Assembly (NCBI GenBank): GCA_964016885.1
Contig: OZ024743.1
Span: 245,892,001-245,956,000 of the forward strand
Length of the DNA: 64,000 bases
Direction: 5' to 3'
Source: Eledone cirrhosa
Lineage: Eukaryota
Position numbers and translations under genes: made by a program. Positions within the stretch are counted from its first letter, which is position 1. Every line of letters starts with the position of its first letter. Of the stretch, positions 25,230 through 38,462 are shown piece after piece. The notes beneath the pieces were generated by a model, which saw nothing but the letters and a program-made list of their open reading frames with translations, searched no databases and was not told where the DNA came from.

Positions 25230-26411
25230 TTGGTTAGACGAAAGGTTATTAATAATAATATATCACTTAGAATTTCTAACCTTTCGTCTAACCAAGATGT
25301 ATTTGATAAAAATGCGACCTTCTATAACGAAGCTCTAGCTAGAAGTGGCCACAAAAATAGATTGGAATATATACCTTCTACCAATAATACTATAAACATA
25401 CAACCTAATATTACCAACAAACACCAAATGAAAAGTACACACCTAAATGCCACTCACACTATACCCCAAAATACCAACATAAAACCAAATTTCTCTAACT
25501 CCTCTAATATAAAGTATAGTAACTCTCAAAAAACTACTCATCATACAACTCTAATAAATGTTAATAATAGAACTCCTAATAAACAAGGTAAAACACCTAA
25601 ATCAATAAATCTAACTAAAAATGTGCGTGGAGAGGTCATTAACAATAATCCTCCTAGTAAACATCAGGATGCATCCTATAAAAACAATAAACAACATAGA
25701 AACCGTAATAGACGAGTTACTTGGTATAATGCTCCATTTAATTTACAAATTAAGGATAATATACCTAAAAAAAATGTTAATATCCTAGAGAAAAACTTCC
25801 CGCCAAACCACAAATACCATCAAATCTTAAATAGATCAACAGTTAAATTCTCATACTCAACAACCAAAAACATAAAACAAAATATAAGTGCCTATAATGC
25901 ATATAAATGTAAAAAAACCATAAGTATACCACCAGTACATCAAACTAGCCATAATATCTCCTCAAATACAGAATTAACGAAAGGTTGTAACTGTAGAAAC
26001 AAGGCAAACTGCCCATTAAAAGGAAATTGTCTTGTTAACAACATAGTATATAAATGTAAAGTTAAAACTAAGGATTCTATTTGCTCATATATAGGAGCTA
26101 CTTCTAACAATTTTAAGGTAAGGTTTAATACCCACAAACATAGTTTTAAAAATGCCGCACTGGCTAATACAACATCTCTAGCAGAAAAAATTAATAGTTA
26201 TAGAAATAAGAATATAGAATATGATATGACCTGGAGTGTGCTCAAAAGAGCCACCCCTTATCAAAATAATAGAAATGAATGTAGATTGTGTTCCCAAGAA
26301 CTATTTGAAATAATGAAATCTAAGGATATCCTATTAAATAAGCGACAGGAATTAATAATATCGTGTAATCATAAACTGAGAAAAACATTTAAATATTATA
26401 AACCTAATTAA
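25230..26411 (+). CDS. Penelope linker + GIY-YIG endonuclease (5'-truncated), right arm
   Basis: Same protein as the left arm, extended N-terminally by ISLRISNLSSNQDVF..YNEALARSG. The listed start is a junction artefact. Confidence 0.9.
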   Translation: MVRRKVINNNISLRISNLSSNQDVFDKNATFYNEALARSGHKNRLEYIPSTNNTINIQPNITNKHQMKSTHLNATHTIPQNTNIKPNFSNSSNIKYSNSQKTTHHTTLINVNNRTPNKQGKTPKSINLTKNVRGEVINNNPPSKHQDASYKNNKQHRNRNRRVTWYNAPFNLQIKDNIPKKNVNILEKNFPPNHKYHQILNRSTVKFSYSTTKNIKQNISAYNAYKCKKTISIPPVHQTSHNISSNTELTKGCNCRNKANCPLKGNCLVNNIVYKCKVKTKDSICSYIGATSNNFKVRFNTHKHSFKNAALANTTSLAEKINSYRNKNIEYDMTWSVLKRATPYQNNRNECRLCSQELFEIMKSKDILLNKRQELIISCNHKLRKTFKYYKPN

Positions 26412-27020
26412 TAATATATATTTTAGAAATTAATATATAAATTAATTTTAATGTAGTTAACCTATAATTTTAATTTAATTAAAATTCTACTACAGATGAA
26501 ATTAAAAAATATCATATAATCATAAACTGTGAAAAACATTTAAATATTATTAACCTAATTAATATATACTTTGGAAATTAATATATAGATTAATTTTAGT
26601 TTATTTAACCTATTATTAAAATTCTTTTACAGATGAAATACAACAAAATATCGTGTAATTAAAAACGGAGAAATACTTTTTAATATTATAAACCTAATTA
26701 ATATACAATTTAGAAATTAATATATAAATTAATTTTAATTTAGTTAACCTATAATTTTAATTTAGTTAGCTTATAATTAAAATTCTAATACAGATGAAAT
26801 GCAGAATATCGTGTAATCATAAACTGAGAAAAACTTTTAAATATATACCTAATTAATATACACTTTACAAATTAATATATAGATTAATTTTAATTTAGTT
26901 AACCTATAATTAAAATTCTACTATAGATAAAATACAAAATTTTGCTTTAATTATTATAAACCTAATTAACATATACTATAGAAATTAATATATAATTTTT
27001 AATTTAGTTAACCTATAATA
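26359..27020 (+). repeat. Degenerate tandem repeat (~140-160-bp unit, ~4-5 copies) starting in the last ORF codons; mirrored at ~23505-24166
   Basis: atatcgtgtaatcataaactgagaaaaac recurs at ~26359, 26509, 26648 and 26806. Confidence 0.8.
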
Positions 27021-27202
27021 TGTTCCTTGAAACCTATATATTTACTATTTCCCACTAATAATTTTAATCCCCCTTCCCCCCTCCCCCCAATAATTATTTG
27101 TATTTGTAAGCGTGGATGTGTGTATGTGTATGTAAGTGTGTATGTATGTTTGTGTTTGTATGTGAGTATAAAAATACATATGTGCGCATGTATATGTATG
27201 TG

Positions 27203-27253
<51 letters not shown>

Positions 27254-27937
27254 ATGTATGTATGTGTATGTATATGTATGTGTAGAGATGTGTGTATGTA
27301 TGTGTATATATGTGTATATGTGTCTAACTGTGTATATATATATGTATGTGTATGTCTCTATATATATGTATGTCTGAGTGTGTGTGTGTGTGTGGTTGTG
27401 TATATATACATGGGTATGTGTGTGTATATATATATATATGTATGCGTATATATATATATATATGTATGTGTATATATATATATGGGTGTATATTTATATG
27501 TATGGGTATATGTTTTACTTATTTTTATGTGTGTGCATACAAACAGGTCAATATGCGTGAGGTTAAGTATGTGTATGTGTGTGTGTACGTATGTATCGAA
27601 CGTATGGATGTGTAAATGTGCGTATGTATATAAGCATGTATATTTTATGTCTCTCTTTTATGTTTTTTTTATATTTCTTTTGTGAGACATGCGTGTCTGT
27701 GTATGTACGTACCCCCCCCCCCTTTTTTGTTTCCTTTTTTTGAGTTTTTTCCTTCTATAAAAATTTTTTTTTTATTTCTAATTTTATTGATACACTTTTA
27801 TAAGTATGTCGAGATTGACACTTTCCTTTAATTACTATACTCCCTTACCTCTTTTACTTCCGCATCTAAATGTAAGTGTGTGTGGGCGTGTTTATGTGAG
27901 CGCCTCAATATCCATATATTTATAATAATAATATATA

Positions 27938-28020
<83 letters not shown>

Positions 28021-28493
28021 TCTGTCTGTAGATTATAGACATACAGATACATTAGCCCTAAATTTTTATATTTACATACACTTTTTCAACATACGTATAC
28101 ATATGAGCATACACTTTTATGCACATCTGTGAGCGTATTTACATACATATATACACACACCTAACTGTATTTTCTTGATAAATTTTTATGTATCTCAATC
28201 CTTATTTCATTGGTCTATTTAAAATCTGTTCCCAAACAGACCTATTATTTTGAATTGTTGTTATTATCAATAAACAAGCATAATTATTTCTGAAGACAGC
28301 ATATATATGTGAAGGTATGTATATTCTCTCTGATAGTTTGTATAATTTTGTACATAGACTCTGTATTCCGTTTATCTTTCACCGAAAGTGATTTTTGAAT
28401 GCATCTCTTCTTTTCATGATATCCGGATTACATTGAGTTCTTCATACGGATTGGACACTACCGTAAACTTTTTGGTAGATTTATCTACATATA

Positions 28494-28631
<138 letters not shown>

Positions 28632-29147
28632 ATATATATATATAATAAATTCAGATGATGGATTAGATTTCTTAAATCATTTATAATTGTTTCAATATAA
28701 CAGTCAAGTCATACTAATGCCAGGACCAAATAATAAAATAAAATATAAAGGGAAAATGGAAAAAATATATACTGAACATAGCTAAGTATCAGTGGTTGCA
28801 GTATATCTTCAGAGATATTATAACCAATGATCTGATAAAAGCAAGCCCAGAGGAGAAAGGAAATAGGTACATCAATTGATGGCTACATTTTTAATTTTTA
28901 GTTAGTTCTATTGATATGTGTGTATATATATATATATATAAGTATGTATACGTACATACATATATCTATACAGACATACAGTAGTATGTATATGTATATA
29001 CATACATGCACACATATATATATATGTACGTATGGATTTACCGAACATTTATTATAATGCTCGGTGTGTTTGTAAACAAACATCCCGTATTAAGCCGTAC
29101 AGCGTTTAGCAATCATCGTTGCTCTTTTGTTCAACGCTGACAAAGGA

Positions 29148-29190
29148 ACGATGTACTAGTTTCAAGCTTATTAGCTATCGTCAGCACCGT
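29148..29190 (-). ncRNA. Minimal hammerhead ribozyme (43 nt)
   Basis: acggtg-CTGACGA-t-agct-aata-agct-t-GAAA-ctag-TA-catcgt. Confidence 0.8.
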
Positions 29191-29312
29191 ATACCTTCCT
29201 GCCAGATGATTGAACGTCTGAAAGTATATACTTTCCTTATACATATTAACGGCTGAGCAGCCTAATTTGCATATCGAGTGAGTTAATCGGCCGGACGCAC
29301 CGAAAACGATAA

Positions 29313-29516
29313 ACAGAAAAAATGAAACGAAATTTCATTTCTCACTCTTAGTACGGCTGTTACTTAAATATAAGTATGTATACGTATATACATATATGTA
29401 TACAGACGTAACATATAAGTAACAGACAAGTATACAGACATATAAGTATACAGACATACATATAAGTAACAGCCGTACTAAGAGTGAGAAATGAAATTTC
29501 GTTTCATTTTTTCTGT
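29313..29516. repeat. Inverted repeat, ~54-bp arms
   Basis: acagaaaaaatgaaacgaaatttcatttctcactcttagtacggctgttactta is mirrored at 29463-29516. Confidence 0.85.
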
Positions 29517-29729
29517 CTATATATGTATATTTTAAATATAACTTTCCATATATATTTATATATATATTTATTTATATATTTATATATATATTTATTTTAT
29601 ATATATTTATATGTATATAAATGTATATATTCATATAGTTGCTTTCTACTTGGTGGTATATATCTATATCTATGTTGATTGGACACTTTCTTGTTCACAA
29701 GTGTTTTTAGGCCTCATATCATGTTACCT

Positions 29730-29798
29730 TATTTTATCTGATGAGAACACAATTTTGTCCCAGGATGATGTTGTTTTCGAAATGCGCATAATAAAATA
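29730..29798 (+). ncRNA. Hammerhead ribozyme (same family as 3470-3540)
   Basis: tattttat-CTGATGA-gaacacaa...ttgttttc-GAAA-tgcgca-TA-ataaaata. Confidence 0.8.
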
Positions 29799-29838
29799 TA
29801 TGGAACTTTTTTAACCTTAACCATCTTTTAATTTCTTC

Positions 29839-29886
<48 letters not shown>

Positions 29887-30217
29887 TAAAAACTCTAATA
29901 AAGGAAGGTCTGCGGGACTGCGTACGGTTTATTTATTTTTTTTCATCCCGTTAGTAAAATAAGTTGGATTACTTTGAATAAATAATGAATGAATATTACA
30001 TAATTTATCTACTAAATTTCGTAAACAAAAATAATTTCGTAAAAATAAATAATTTAAAATTGATTTCTTTTCAAAGTTGTACTTCCGTTATATCGTTGCC
30101 ACCACCACAACTTCAACTACCATATATATAGAAAGAGAGAGTGTGTGATGTCAACACTTCCGGTGACGATCACTTAAATAAACATACTAATTTTCTTCTA
30201 ATGCAGTTTATATATAA

Positions 30218-31279
30218 CTAGCAGAGGTACCCGGCGTTGCTCGGATATTAAATAGCAATTGTGTATACCATTTATGTCAATACTTCAGTGCTGCTTCGAA
30301 AACTATACTTTTACAAAATCATCGGCTTTTTCCAAAAGGGGGTTTCTGTCCCCAGGGGTCCCCTACCCAATATGTGCCAAATCTGAGAGTTCACATTCAT
30401 CTGTAGGACAAACGTAGCCCATGTGTCAAGTTTTGTGAAAATCGGTTGCGAACTCCAGAAGTTATGACGTTTTGTTGCATTGCACTGCAGTGCTTCAGTC
30501 TACCCCAAGGAAGTGGTTAAAGGGGTTATCTCCGGGGGGGGGGGGGGCTATAATCAATATCTGAAAAAATGACAGTGCCCATGACCATCCGGAGTACATA
30601 AGTAACTTATGTCTTAAGTTTGGTGAAATACTGTAGAAATGCATAAGGTTTATACATACGCGCATGCGTTCGTGTATGTGTATGTGGGTGGGTGTGTATG
30701 TATTTGTGTGTGCGTATGTGTGTATGTCCGTCGAGGCATACGTATGTACTGGCCTAAATCTTCACTATTTACTTTTACTATTTTAATAACCTGTCATTTT
30801 CGTTTTCAATTTTATTTACATCATTCTTAAACTCCGGGGCTGGAAATCATTCTGTTATTTTAAATAGAATATTAGTCTAACGACTCCATTTATACCATAA
30901 ACTTCGTCTTGTCTTTGCATGAAATTGTTCTTCACGCTCCACATAACGACGTATTATCCTCGCTTTTTCCCCGTTCATTGCAAGGGAACGTCTTCACGAA
31001 CCAAAATATCATCTTCCTGTTTTCGTTCGGTTGCAACGTTTCTCGAAATATTTACTTCTGCGTTCACAGATTACTCTCAGTTCAATTTGAATGGGAAATT
31101 CCTGTTTCATTGATTTTCTCCGTAACCATGGAAGGTTGTAGCTTGAAAGTCGACCCAACGACTCCTCGGGTCATTCTGCATAAGTGTAAATTTTCGCTGC
31201 ATTCCACCAAGCCATTTCGACGTTTATCCGACTACACCTACATATACAACGTCCGACCACTTCCAATTTATATAGTAGA
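30218..31279 (-). mobile_element. Complete non-autonomous Helitron
   Basis: Minus strand reads A|TCTACTATATAAA... at 31279 and ends ccgagcaacgccggg hairpin, 8 nt, CTAG|T at 30218. A-T target, no TSD. Confidence 0.8.
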
Positions 31280-32324
31280 TTTGTTTATATATGAATGACA
31301 AAAAGAAAAGTACAAAACTATACATGAATTATTTCTACTAAACCTTCAATTTAAGACACAACCTACATATTTGATAGGACTCCAGCTCACTTCTTCTTCT
31401 TCTTTTACTCCCCCTGGAACATTGGGCCGTGACCACCCCCACACAACGTCATGTTCTGAGTCTGCTTTTCAACTCCACCGTGATGCACGGTGCGTCATGG
31501 TGTATCTAACCATTTTTTTAAGTCTTACTACGGCTGATTTCTTCCAGAGAGAAAGAAAGAGATGGAAAAATGCAGAGAAGATTCATCCCCGGAGGAATAA
31601 TAAAAAAATTTTTACACTGCTCATTTCATTTTTTCAAAGCTAAAGCTGCCGATCCAAAATCAGTAATTCAACTCCCTGAAAACTTTCAAATATATGGTGT
31701 TCTAGCATGAATATTATGCTAAGGATAAGCTGTCCACAAAGTAAGATTTACTTGCATATCCCCGATCATATAAACACATAAATACATGCATACATACATT
31801 ACAGTTGATACTTTTTTTTATTAAAGCGTTTTCATATTATATATATATATATATATAGTGACGAAACATAAGTCAATTGCATGAACTCATAATCCTTTAT
31901 TTACTGCTTTATTTGTATGAAATTGTAAATAAGACAAAAGTATTAGAACAGGGGGAAATAACTCACCGAACGCGATAGTTTTGGGGCCCCAGGGACCACA
32001 TTTTTCAAGTTAGAGATTTGAAACCTCGTCTATTTGCTTCCTTGGCACTTTTTACATAGGTGTGTAAATTTTCATGTCAGTCCGACGACGTCTACTACCA
32101 TTTAACCGTGCACATCTGAATTTCAACCACCACCCATTTCACAAATATATATTAGAATATCGTCTTTTTTTTATGTATCATGGATTACGTTACTGATTAA
32201 ATAAGACAGTGTAACAACGTCTTCGTTCAATTTCTGTTTATATTGTCAATTACGGTTTTATTTGATGTATCATATCTACATGTATATATACTTGCGTATA
32301 ATATCAATATAAACACTACACATG

Positions 32325-32362
32325 CTAGCAGAAAACCACTCGAAGGGTGGTTTTTCTGCTAG
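32325..32362 (+). other. 38-bp hairpin resembling a Helitron 3' terminus
   Basis: ctagcagaaaa-ccactcgaagggtgg-tttttctgCTAG|t. Confidence 0.6.
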
Positions 32363-32421
32363 TATATATAACAAATTATAAAGTAAAAAGACACAGATAT
32401 ATACTTATTTTTTCCTCAATG

Positions 32422-32512
32422 TCCCGACTGTACAGTTTCGCTAGTCAGTATGCAACAATTTTACATTATAGTTGTGAGGCAAACCAGCTTCTCAAGGGAA
32501 CTCCTCAGGGAA
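32422..32512 (-). ncRNA. Hammerhead ribozyme with branched stem II
   Basis: ttcc-CTGAGGA-g-ttcccttgagaa-gctggtt...gactagc-GAAA-ctgtacag-TC-ggga. Confidence 0.7.
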
Positions 32513-33189
32513 AGAGCGCTTTCCAGACACGTTCGTAGCAAGCGAGAAAATCTCAAAAGGGCGGAGGGAGAGATTACACCGGTTAAGAAAGGGGACTAAA
32601 TCCCTTGTAGCAGTGAAAAACATCTCAGAAGGCGGAGGGAGAAATTAATACATGATACCAAGGTTACAGAGGGGTGGTAAGGTTGACTAAAAGTGGTTAT
32701 AGTGCTTGCTTAAAAGCAGTTACTATACTTGTATCGTTACTCGACCGTGAGGGAGTTTGAGACAATAATGAGAGGTACGCACATATATGTGCCTACATAC
32801 ATACACATGTATATATACACATATTTTTTCACAAGTATGTGAGTGAGTGTGTTGTCGACCTTAACCAGTGTTGCTCTATGATTACAAAAGACAAAATAAT
32901 CGAAATAATTATATTGACTCGATATCAGAGCTATGTAACATATTATAAAGTAAGAAGAAGTAATAGACACAGTTATATACCTATATATATATATATATCA
33001 TCACTTTTTTATGTCCATTTTCCATGGTAGCGAGGATTAGACAAGTTGTCCCATAGTGAGACAAGCCAGATCAGATAACTGTGTCTTAGTCATACAGAAC
33101 TGATTTAGGGTAAAGGGTGGGGTGTTAAGACGGAGAAGGGAAGGGTGGGGAAAGTGATGCATACTGAATGTATACTACAACCTGTGTAT

Positions 33190-33555
33190 ATGAGAAGGTG
33201 GATCTTATGTATTACTGCATAACGCCAGAGATCTCGGCCCTGTGTCATCGCCTTTGAGAGGTGTAATTGTGCAAAGTCACCCTTTATCACTTCATCCCAT
33301 GTCTTCCTACTCCATAGCTACCTTTAACTTGAGTGCCCTGCACTTTTTTATACAGCTGTCATCTTTCATACATATCACCTGTCCGTACCAACGCAATCTC
33401 CTCTCCAGCACACTGCATGTGATCCCACTTATGCCCAATTTCTCTTTCAGTTCATTTATGCGAACCATTCATATATATTACTATTACACATCCAACAAAG
33501 CTTTATTTCTTTCCAATCTCCACAGGTCCTCTGCACACAGAGCCCAGGTCTCAAT
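33190..33555 (-). mobile_element. RTE LINE 3' fragment (decayed)
   Basis: ETWALCAEDL, RRLRWYG, QGRDLWRYAVI; homologous to copies at 35292-37045 and 40604-42806. Confidence 0.8.
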
Positions 33556-33829
33556 ACAGGTTTCCCTGCTAGCAAGGATATTGCCTTCATCAAAGACAGG
33601 AAAAATGAACAGTCCCTTCTCATCAGTCAACCAGGGAGGCAGAGGAAAGGAAGGCATTTTTCTTTGTCTTTGTACATAGAACTGTAGTCCAAAAATATTT
33701 TTTTATATATTTTCCTATTTTTCACCTCTTGTGCACCCATAGTACACTGTAGAAAGAGAGTGTGTGTGTCACATCATCATCATTTTGATGGCTGCATTTA
33801 TCATGCTTGCACAATATATATTAAGGAGC

Positions 33830-34380
33830 TCAATGCAATATACAAGTTTGCTAATGAAAACATGCAATCAATTTAAGACTGGAAAGTTTCAAGCACTTTT
33901 CTATCAGCCCTCTAACACATTTTAAACAGGATGCAAAATACCAGGATAGATTACAATCAGTGCATGACCTGGGGATCAAAATGATCAATGGTGCATTATT
34001 CCATATGGATATAACTACAATAGTAACAGTGAGCAGACAACCTGTAAGATGGATTCTGAGGACATTTGAAGTAAGAGAATAAGCTACCATGTTGGTCCCA
34101 GGGAAGACATTTGTTCACAGTTGTCTGGGTTATTGTTAGCAACTATGGATATCACATAATGTCATGGTGACTGCAGAACATGAAACAATAAAACACTCCC
34201 ACACTAAGTAGATTGCTTTTATGAAGCAGATGATCAATTGAGAGAGGTTCAAAGCATTCCTGGAATGAAAAAGGGAAAAAGGTGTAGTAGTAGATATATG
34301 GCAACAAACTCAAACTATGAGAACTATGCAAATACTTGACCAGTGACATAGGTTTCTCTGAGAGTAGAATGTCCCAGTAA
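33830..34380 (+). mobile_element. Old CR1/Jockey-group RT C-terminal remnant
   Basis: Translates with stops: HDLGIKM...WILRTFEVRE..TML..KTFVHSCLGYC.QLW. Confidence 0.6.
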
Positions 34381-35117
34381 AAATGCAATGCTCTCAAAGT
34401 GGTTGAAATCTGTGAAAAAGGAAATATATTCCATCCCCACCCCATTTATGCTGCCAACCATCATTCCCTCTATCTCAAAACACTTTCCATTGACATACAT
34501 CACACTCTCCAACCACCTATCACAATCTTTTTTCCCAATTCTACATGCTTCTCCCAGCCCATATTTCTTCCCTTTCTGCTACATCCTCATTCCAATTCAC
34601 CCTGTCTCCACCATCATAATCTCACTCCCTTTACACACAACTAATCCTTTTGTCATTTCTCTTCCATTTATCCACCCTCGAGTCAATATGGATAGTGATT
34701 ACCCTTTAGCATTGAAACGAAAAAAAAAAAAATCCCAAGACAAACTTAAAGGGCTGGTGTCATGATTAAATGCACCCAGTACACTCTGTAAAATGATGGT
34801 GACTGAACCGAGACAATATAGGGTTGAGAGGACCCTTATGTCTCACTGAGAGCAAAATGACATCTCTAATGGCGGTGCTACAGTAAAAAGCACCTAGTAC
34901 ACTCTGTTATGTAGTTGGCATTAAGAGGGGCTTTCAGCTATAGAAACCATGCCAAAAGTGAAATTTATTGAGCAAGACAACATCTTCCACCCCATGCCAG
35001 CAGGGAAAGCAGACATAAAATGATGATCATGATTGCTTTTCATCATTTTGAGGTCAGTAAATAAAGTACCAGTTCAATACTGTGGTTAATTCTTCCTCTA
35101 ATTCTCTCTCTTCCTCC

Positions 35118-35171
<54 letters not shown>

Positions 35172-35291
35172 TCATCATCATCATCATCATCATTTAATGT
35201 CCATCTTCCACGCTAACATGGGTTAGACGTTTTTGTTCCATTTTATGTGGGAATGGTCAGGAGACCGTGTCTCGCATATATATATATATAT

Positions 35292-37042
35292 ATCATCATC
35301 ATCATCATCATCGTTTAACGTCCATGTTCCACGCTTGCAAGGGTTTGGACGGGAGTTTTCCCACTTGAGGCAAGAATGGTTGTCTTGCTCGCATAGGACT
35401 GTCTGGCGGGTTTTCTACAGCTGGATGCCCTTCCTAACACCAACCACATTTACAGTGTGGGGCTGGGAGGTTTTTACTGTGTTGCCTACACGGCCACATT
35501 ACAGCGTGGACTGTCTGGCGGGTTTTCTACAGCTGGATGCCCTTCTTAACATCAACCACATTTACAATGTGGGGCTGGGAGGTTTTTACCGTGTTGCCTA
35601 CACGGCCACATTACAGCGTGGACTGTCTGGCGGGTTTTCTACAGCTGGATGCCCTTCTTAACACCAACGACATTTACAGTGTGGGACTGGGAGGTTTTTA
35701 CCGTGTTGCCTACACGGCCACATTATAGCGTGGACTGTGTGTTTTTTTTTGTCGTGACACCTACACGATCTCATTTGTTTCAGCCTGGATGTTGTGGCAC
35801 CAACATAACTTTACATTGAAAGGGGCGGTGTGGATGGGGGGGGGGGGTTAAAGATGCCTACTGACTGTAGTAGGTTTTTACTTTGTATTTAGGTAAGGCG
35901 GGTCTTCTCTATTACTGAGTACCGCCAAAGGTCTCGGTCCAGTGACATTGTCTTGGAGAGGTGTAAGTGTGTGAGGTCGGAATTTATCAGCTCGTCCCAG
36001 GTTTTTCTGGGTCTGCCTACTCCGTGGCTACCGTCTATCTTTATTGCCCTGCACTTTGTTATACAGCTGTCGTCTTTCATGCGCATCACGTGACCATACC
36101 AACGTAGCCTTCTCTCGAGTAAACAACATCTGATCCCTCTTATTTCTAATTTTTTCCTTAGTTCGTTTATGCTTTGCCGTTCACGTATTACTATTACACA
36201 TCCAGCAGAGCATGCAAGCTTCGTTCCTCTCTAGTCTGCGTATATCCTCTGCACACAATGCCCAGGTCTCACTGCCATGCAACATTGCTGTCCGTATGCA
36301 GGCATCATACAACCTGCCTTTCATTTTTAGGGAGAACCCTTTAGCGGCTAATAGTGGTATAAGCTCTCTGAACTTTTTCCATCCAGTTCTGACTCTGGCT
36401 ACTGTACTTTCAGAGCACTCTCCCCCACTGCTGATTTTGTCACCCAGGTAACGGAAGCTGTCCACTATTTCTATAGAACCCTCTGCGCAATTGAAAGAGC
36501 TAGTATTTTGTGGGCACTTGCTGCTACTTATTGCACCAGAGCACCGGCCACATGTAAAATCTATGTTTTTAGTTAGCTTACCTGTGATCCCACATCTTTT
36601 ATGCACCCATACTTTGCATTTGGGACATAAAATGGAGTTTCTACCTACGCCTTTCCTACACACTGAGCATGGCCATTTCCCGGAAGGGACCGGCACCTTA
36701 TTTTCTTTCCTACAAACTAGAACTTTAGTCTTAGCCAGGTTAATTTTAAGGCCTTTTGATTCTAGGCCGTGCTTCCATGTTTGGAATTTCTTCTCTAGCT
36801 CGGCCATTGATTCAGCTATGAGCATTAGATCATCTGCGTATAGGAGTTCCCATGGGCAGTCGGTCTTGAACTCCTCTGTTATAGCCTGAAGGGCTATAAT
36901 AAATAGTAGGGGGCTAAGAACAGAGCCCTGATGGACACCAACTTTTACGCTAAACTCTTCACTATATTCATTGTTAATTCTAACCTTGCTGACTGTTTCT
37001 TTATACATGGCTTGTATAGCTCTCACAAGCCATTCGTCAACA

Positions 37043-37045
<3 letters not shown>
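35292..37045 (-). mobile_element. 5'-truncated RTE LINE with (TGA)n tail
   Basis: ORF 36181..37122 GVHQGSVLSPLLF, LLYADDL, Cys-rich insert KWPCSVCRKGVGRNSILC, FRYLG, MLHGSETW. Confidence 0.92.
35396..35737 (-). repeat. 3 x 112-bp tandem duplication in the RTE 3' UTR
   Basis: ggactgtctggcggg... starts at 35396, 35508 and 35620; a partial unit starts at 35732. Confidence 0.9.
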
Positions 37046-37075
<30 letters not shown>

Positions 37076-37300
37076 GTCAACACCATATATTTATATATAT
37101 AGTTATACTTGGGGAGGGTCATATTTGTGTAATATTGCCTGAATTAATAACAGAACACACTCACTGTTTGGTTGGTTTTCGCTTCTCGCTTCTGTGTCTT
37201 TTATATCGGTAATCTAACTTACTCGGTCCTCAATGTTACCATTGACTGACCGACGGTCAAAAATAATACAGATACAATATAGACACAAACACATATATAT

Positions 37301-37355
37301 ATAGTTTATCATAAATCTTTCGTTGCACATCTGCAACATCGTCAGTGGTGCTATA
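37301..37355 (-). ncRNA. Degenerate hammerhead ribozyme
   Basis: ca-CTGACGA-t-gttgca-gatg-tgcaac-GAAA-gatt-TA-tg. Stem I is weak. Confidence 0.55.
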
Positions 37356-37586
37356 TTTTCCTCCTGTTGTATTGTATGTCTACGCCATTTTTATTCAGTC
37401 TGTCTATATATTTATTTATTTATTTGCTTGTTTGTTTATTTTATTTTGTGTTCTTTGCGCATGCGTTTGCGTGTGTGTATAGTGTTTTGTTTGCTGTGTG
37501 ATGGGTGACTAGTGTATGTGCTTGTTGTTATTGTGCTTGTGTATGTATTTATTTATTTATTTATTTATTTTATTTTATTTACTTAT

Positions 37587-38462
37587 TTATACTTCTCTTA
37601 GGTCAGTGTTGTTTGTTTGAGTGTTGTTGTTATTCCATTCATTCTTTCTGTTTAGTCTTGGTCTTCTAATTTCTATTTCACTGGCCTCTCTGATTTGCCT
37701 ATTTGCTGGGTCATTTCTATGTTTAGATATTATTCTAATTTCTATGTTGTCTATCTTACCGTCATGTTGTTGTCTAGCATGTTCGTATAGTACTGACCCG
37801 TTTTTTCGTCCTTTTAGTTCCCCCCAGTGTTGGTCTATCCTTTCACCTATGCTACGAGCTGTCTCACCTATGTATGTTGTTGTCATGTTTCTGCAAGTAC
37901 CCTCTGTACATCTTATGCTATAGACTACGTTTCTAGTTTTACAGTTTATCCGGGGGTTCACCTTACATATGATACATTTCCTATTGGTACAGTGGGTTTT
38001 CTTAAAAGGGTAGGTTTTGCTGATCAGGGATTTTATGGTGGTTCCTGGCTTTTCTACCACCTTTATTTTTAAGTGGGTCTTTCTCAGGGCCTTTCTACAC
38101 TGGTTAGCTAATTTCCCTCCAGGGGTAGCGTCCACAAACATGACACTCTGGTATCTCTGGTTGTCGTACCATGAGGTGGCTTTCCCTATCTTATGTCTAG
38201 CCCTATCTAAGCTATTCCATGATTTGCTCCTGTATAATGGGCAAATTCCTTTCATGTCCAGTTCTATGAGGGTCTTATACTTCTCCATGGCTCCTTCGTA
38301 TACTCTGACTCTGTCTCTTTGGTTGTAGCCAGAGAACTGCATGCGGCTGATGAAGTGTTGGATGTGTCTTTCCATTTCTGTTGGGTCGCACATGCGGGAC
38401 ACATTCTTCATCACTCGTACCAAATCTGCGATCAGAATATTAAACTTAGCACTACTGGACAT
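37587..38462 (-). CDS. Penelope thumb/linker + GIY-YIG endonuclease fragment
   Basis: RMQFSGY, SVMFVDATPGGKL, CKTRNVVYSIRC..YIGETARSIGERIDQH, RQIREA..I....P.LNRKNEW. Confidence 0.88.
   Translation of the reverse strand: MSSSAKFNILIADLVRVMKNVSRMCDPTEMERHIQHFISRMQFSGYNQRDRVRVYEGAMEKYKTLIELDMKGICPLYRSKSWNSLDRARHKIGKATSWYDNQRYQSVMFVDATPGGKLANQCRKALRKTHLKIKVVEKPGTTIKSLISKTYPFKKTHCTNRKCIICKVNPRINCKTRNVVYSIRCTEGTCRNMTTTYIGETARSIGERIDQHWGELKGRKNGSVLYEHARQQHDGKIDNIEIRIISKHRNDPANRQIREASEIEIRRPRLNRKNEWNNNNTQTNNTDLREV

Noticed and set aside
28672-28822. Minus-strand HHR candidate (CTGAAGA...GAAA-caatta-TA)
   Set aside because: Stems I and II do not pair convincingly; at best a decayed copy.
29900-30180. 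Possible host promoter (ETS-like ACTTCCG motifs)
   Set aside because: Only two short motifs and no supportable downstream exon.
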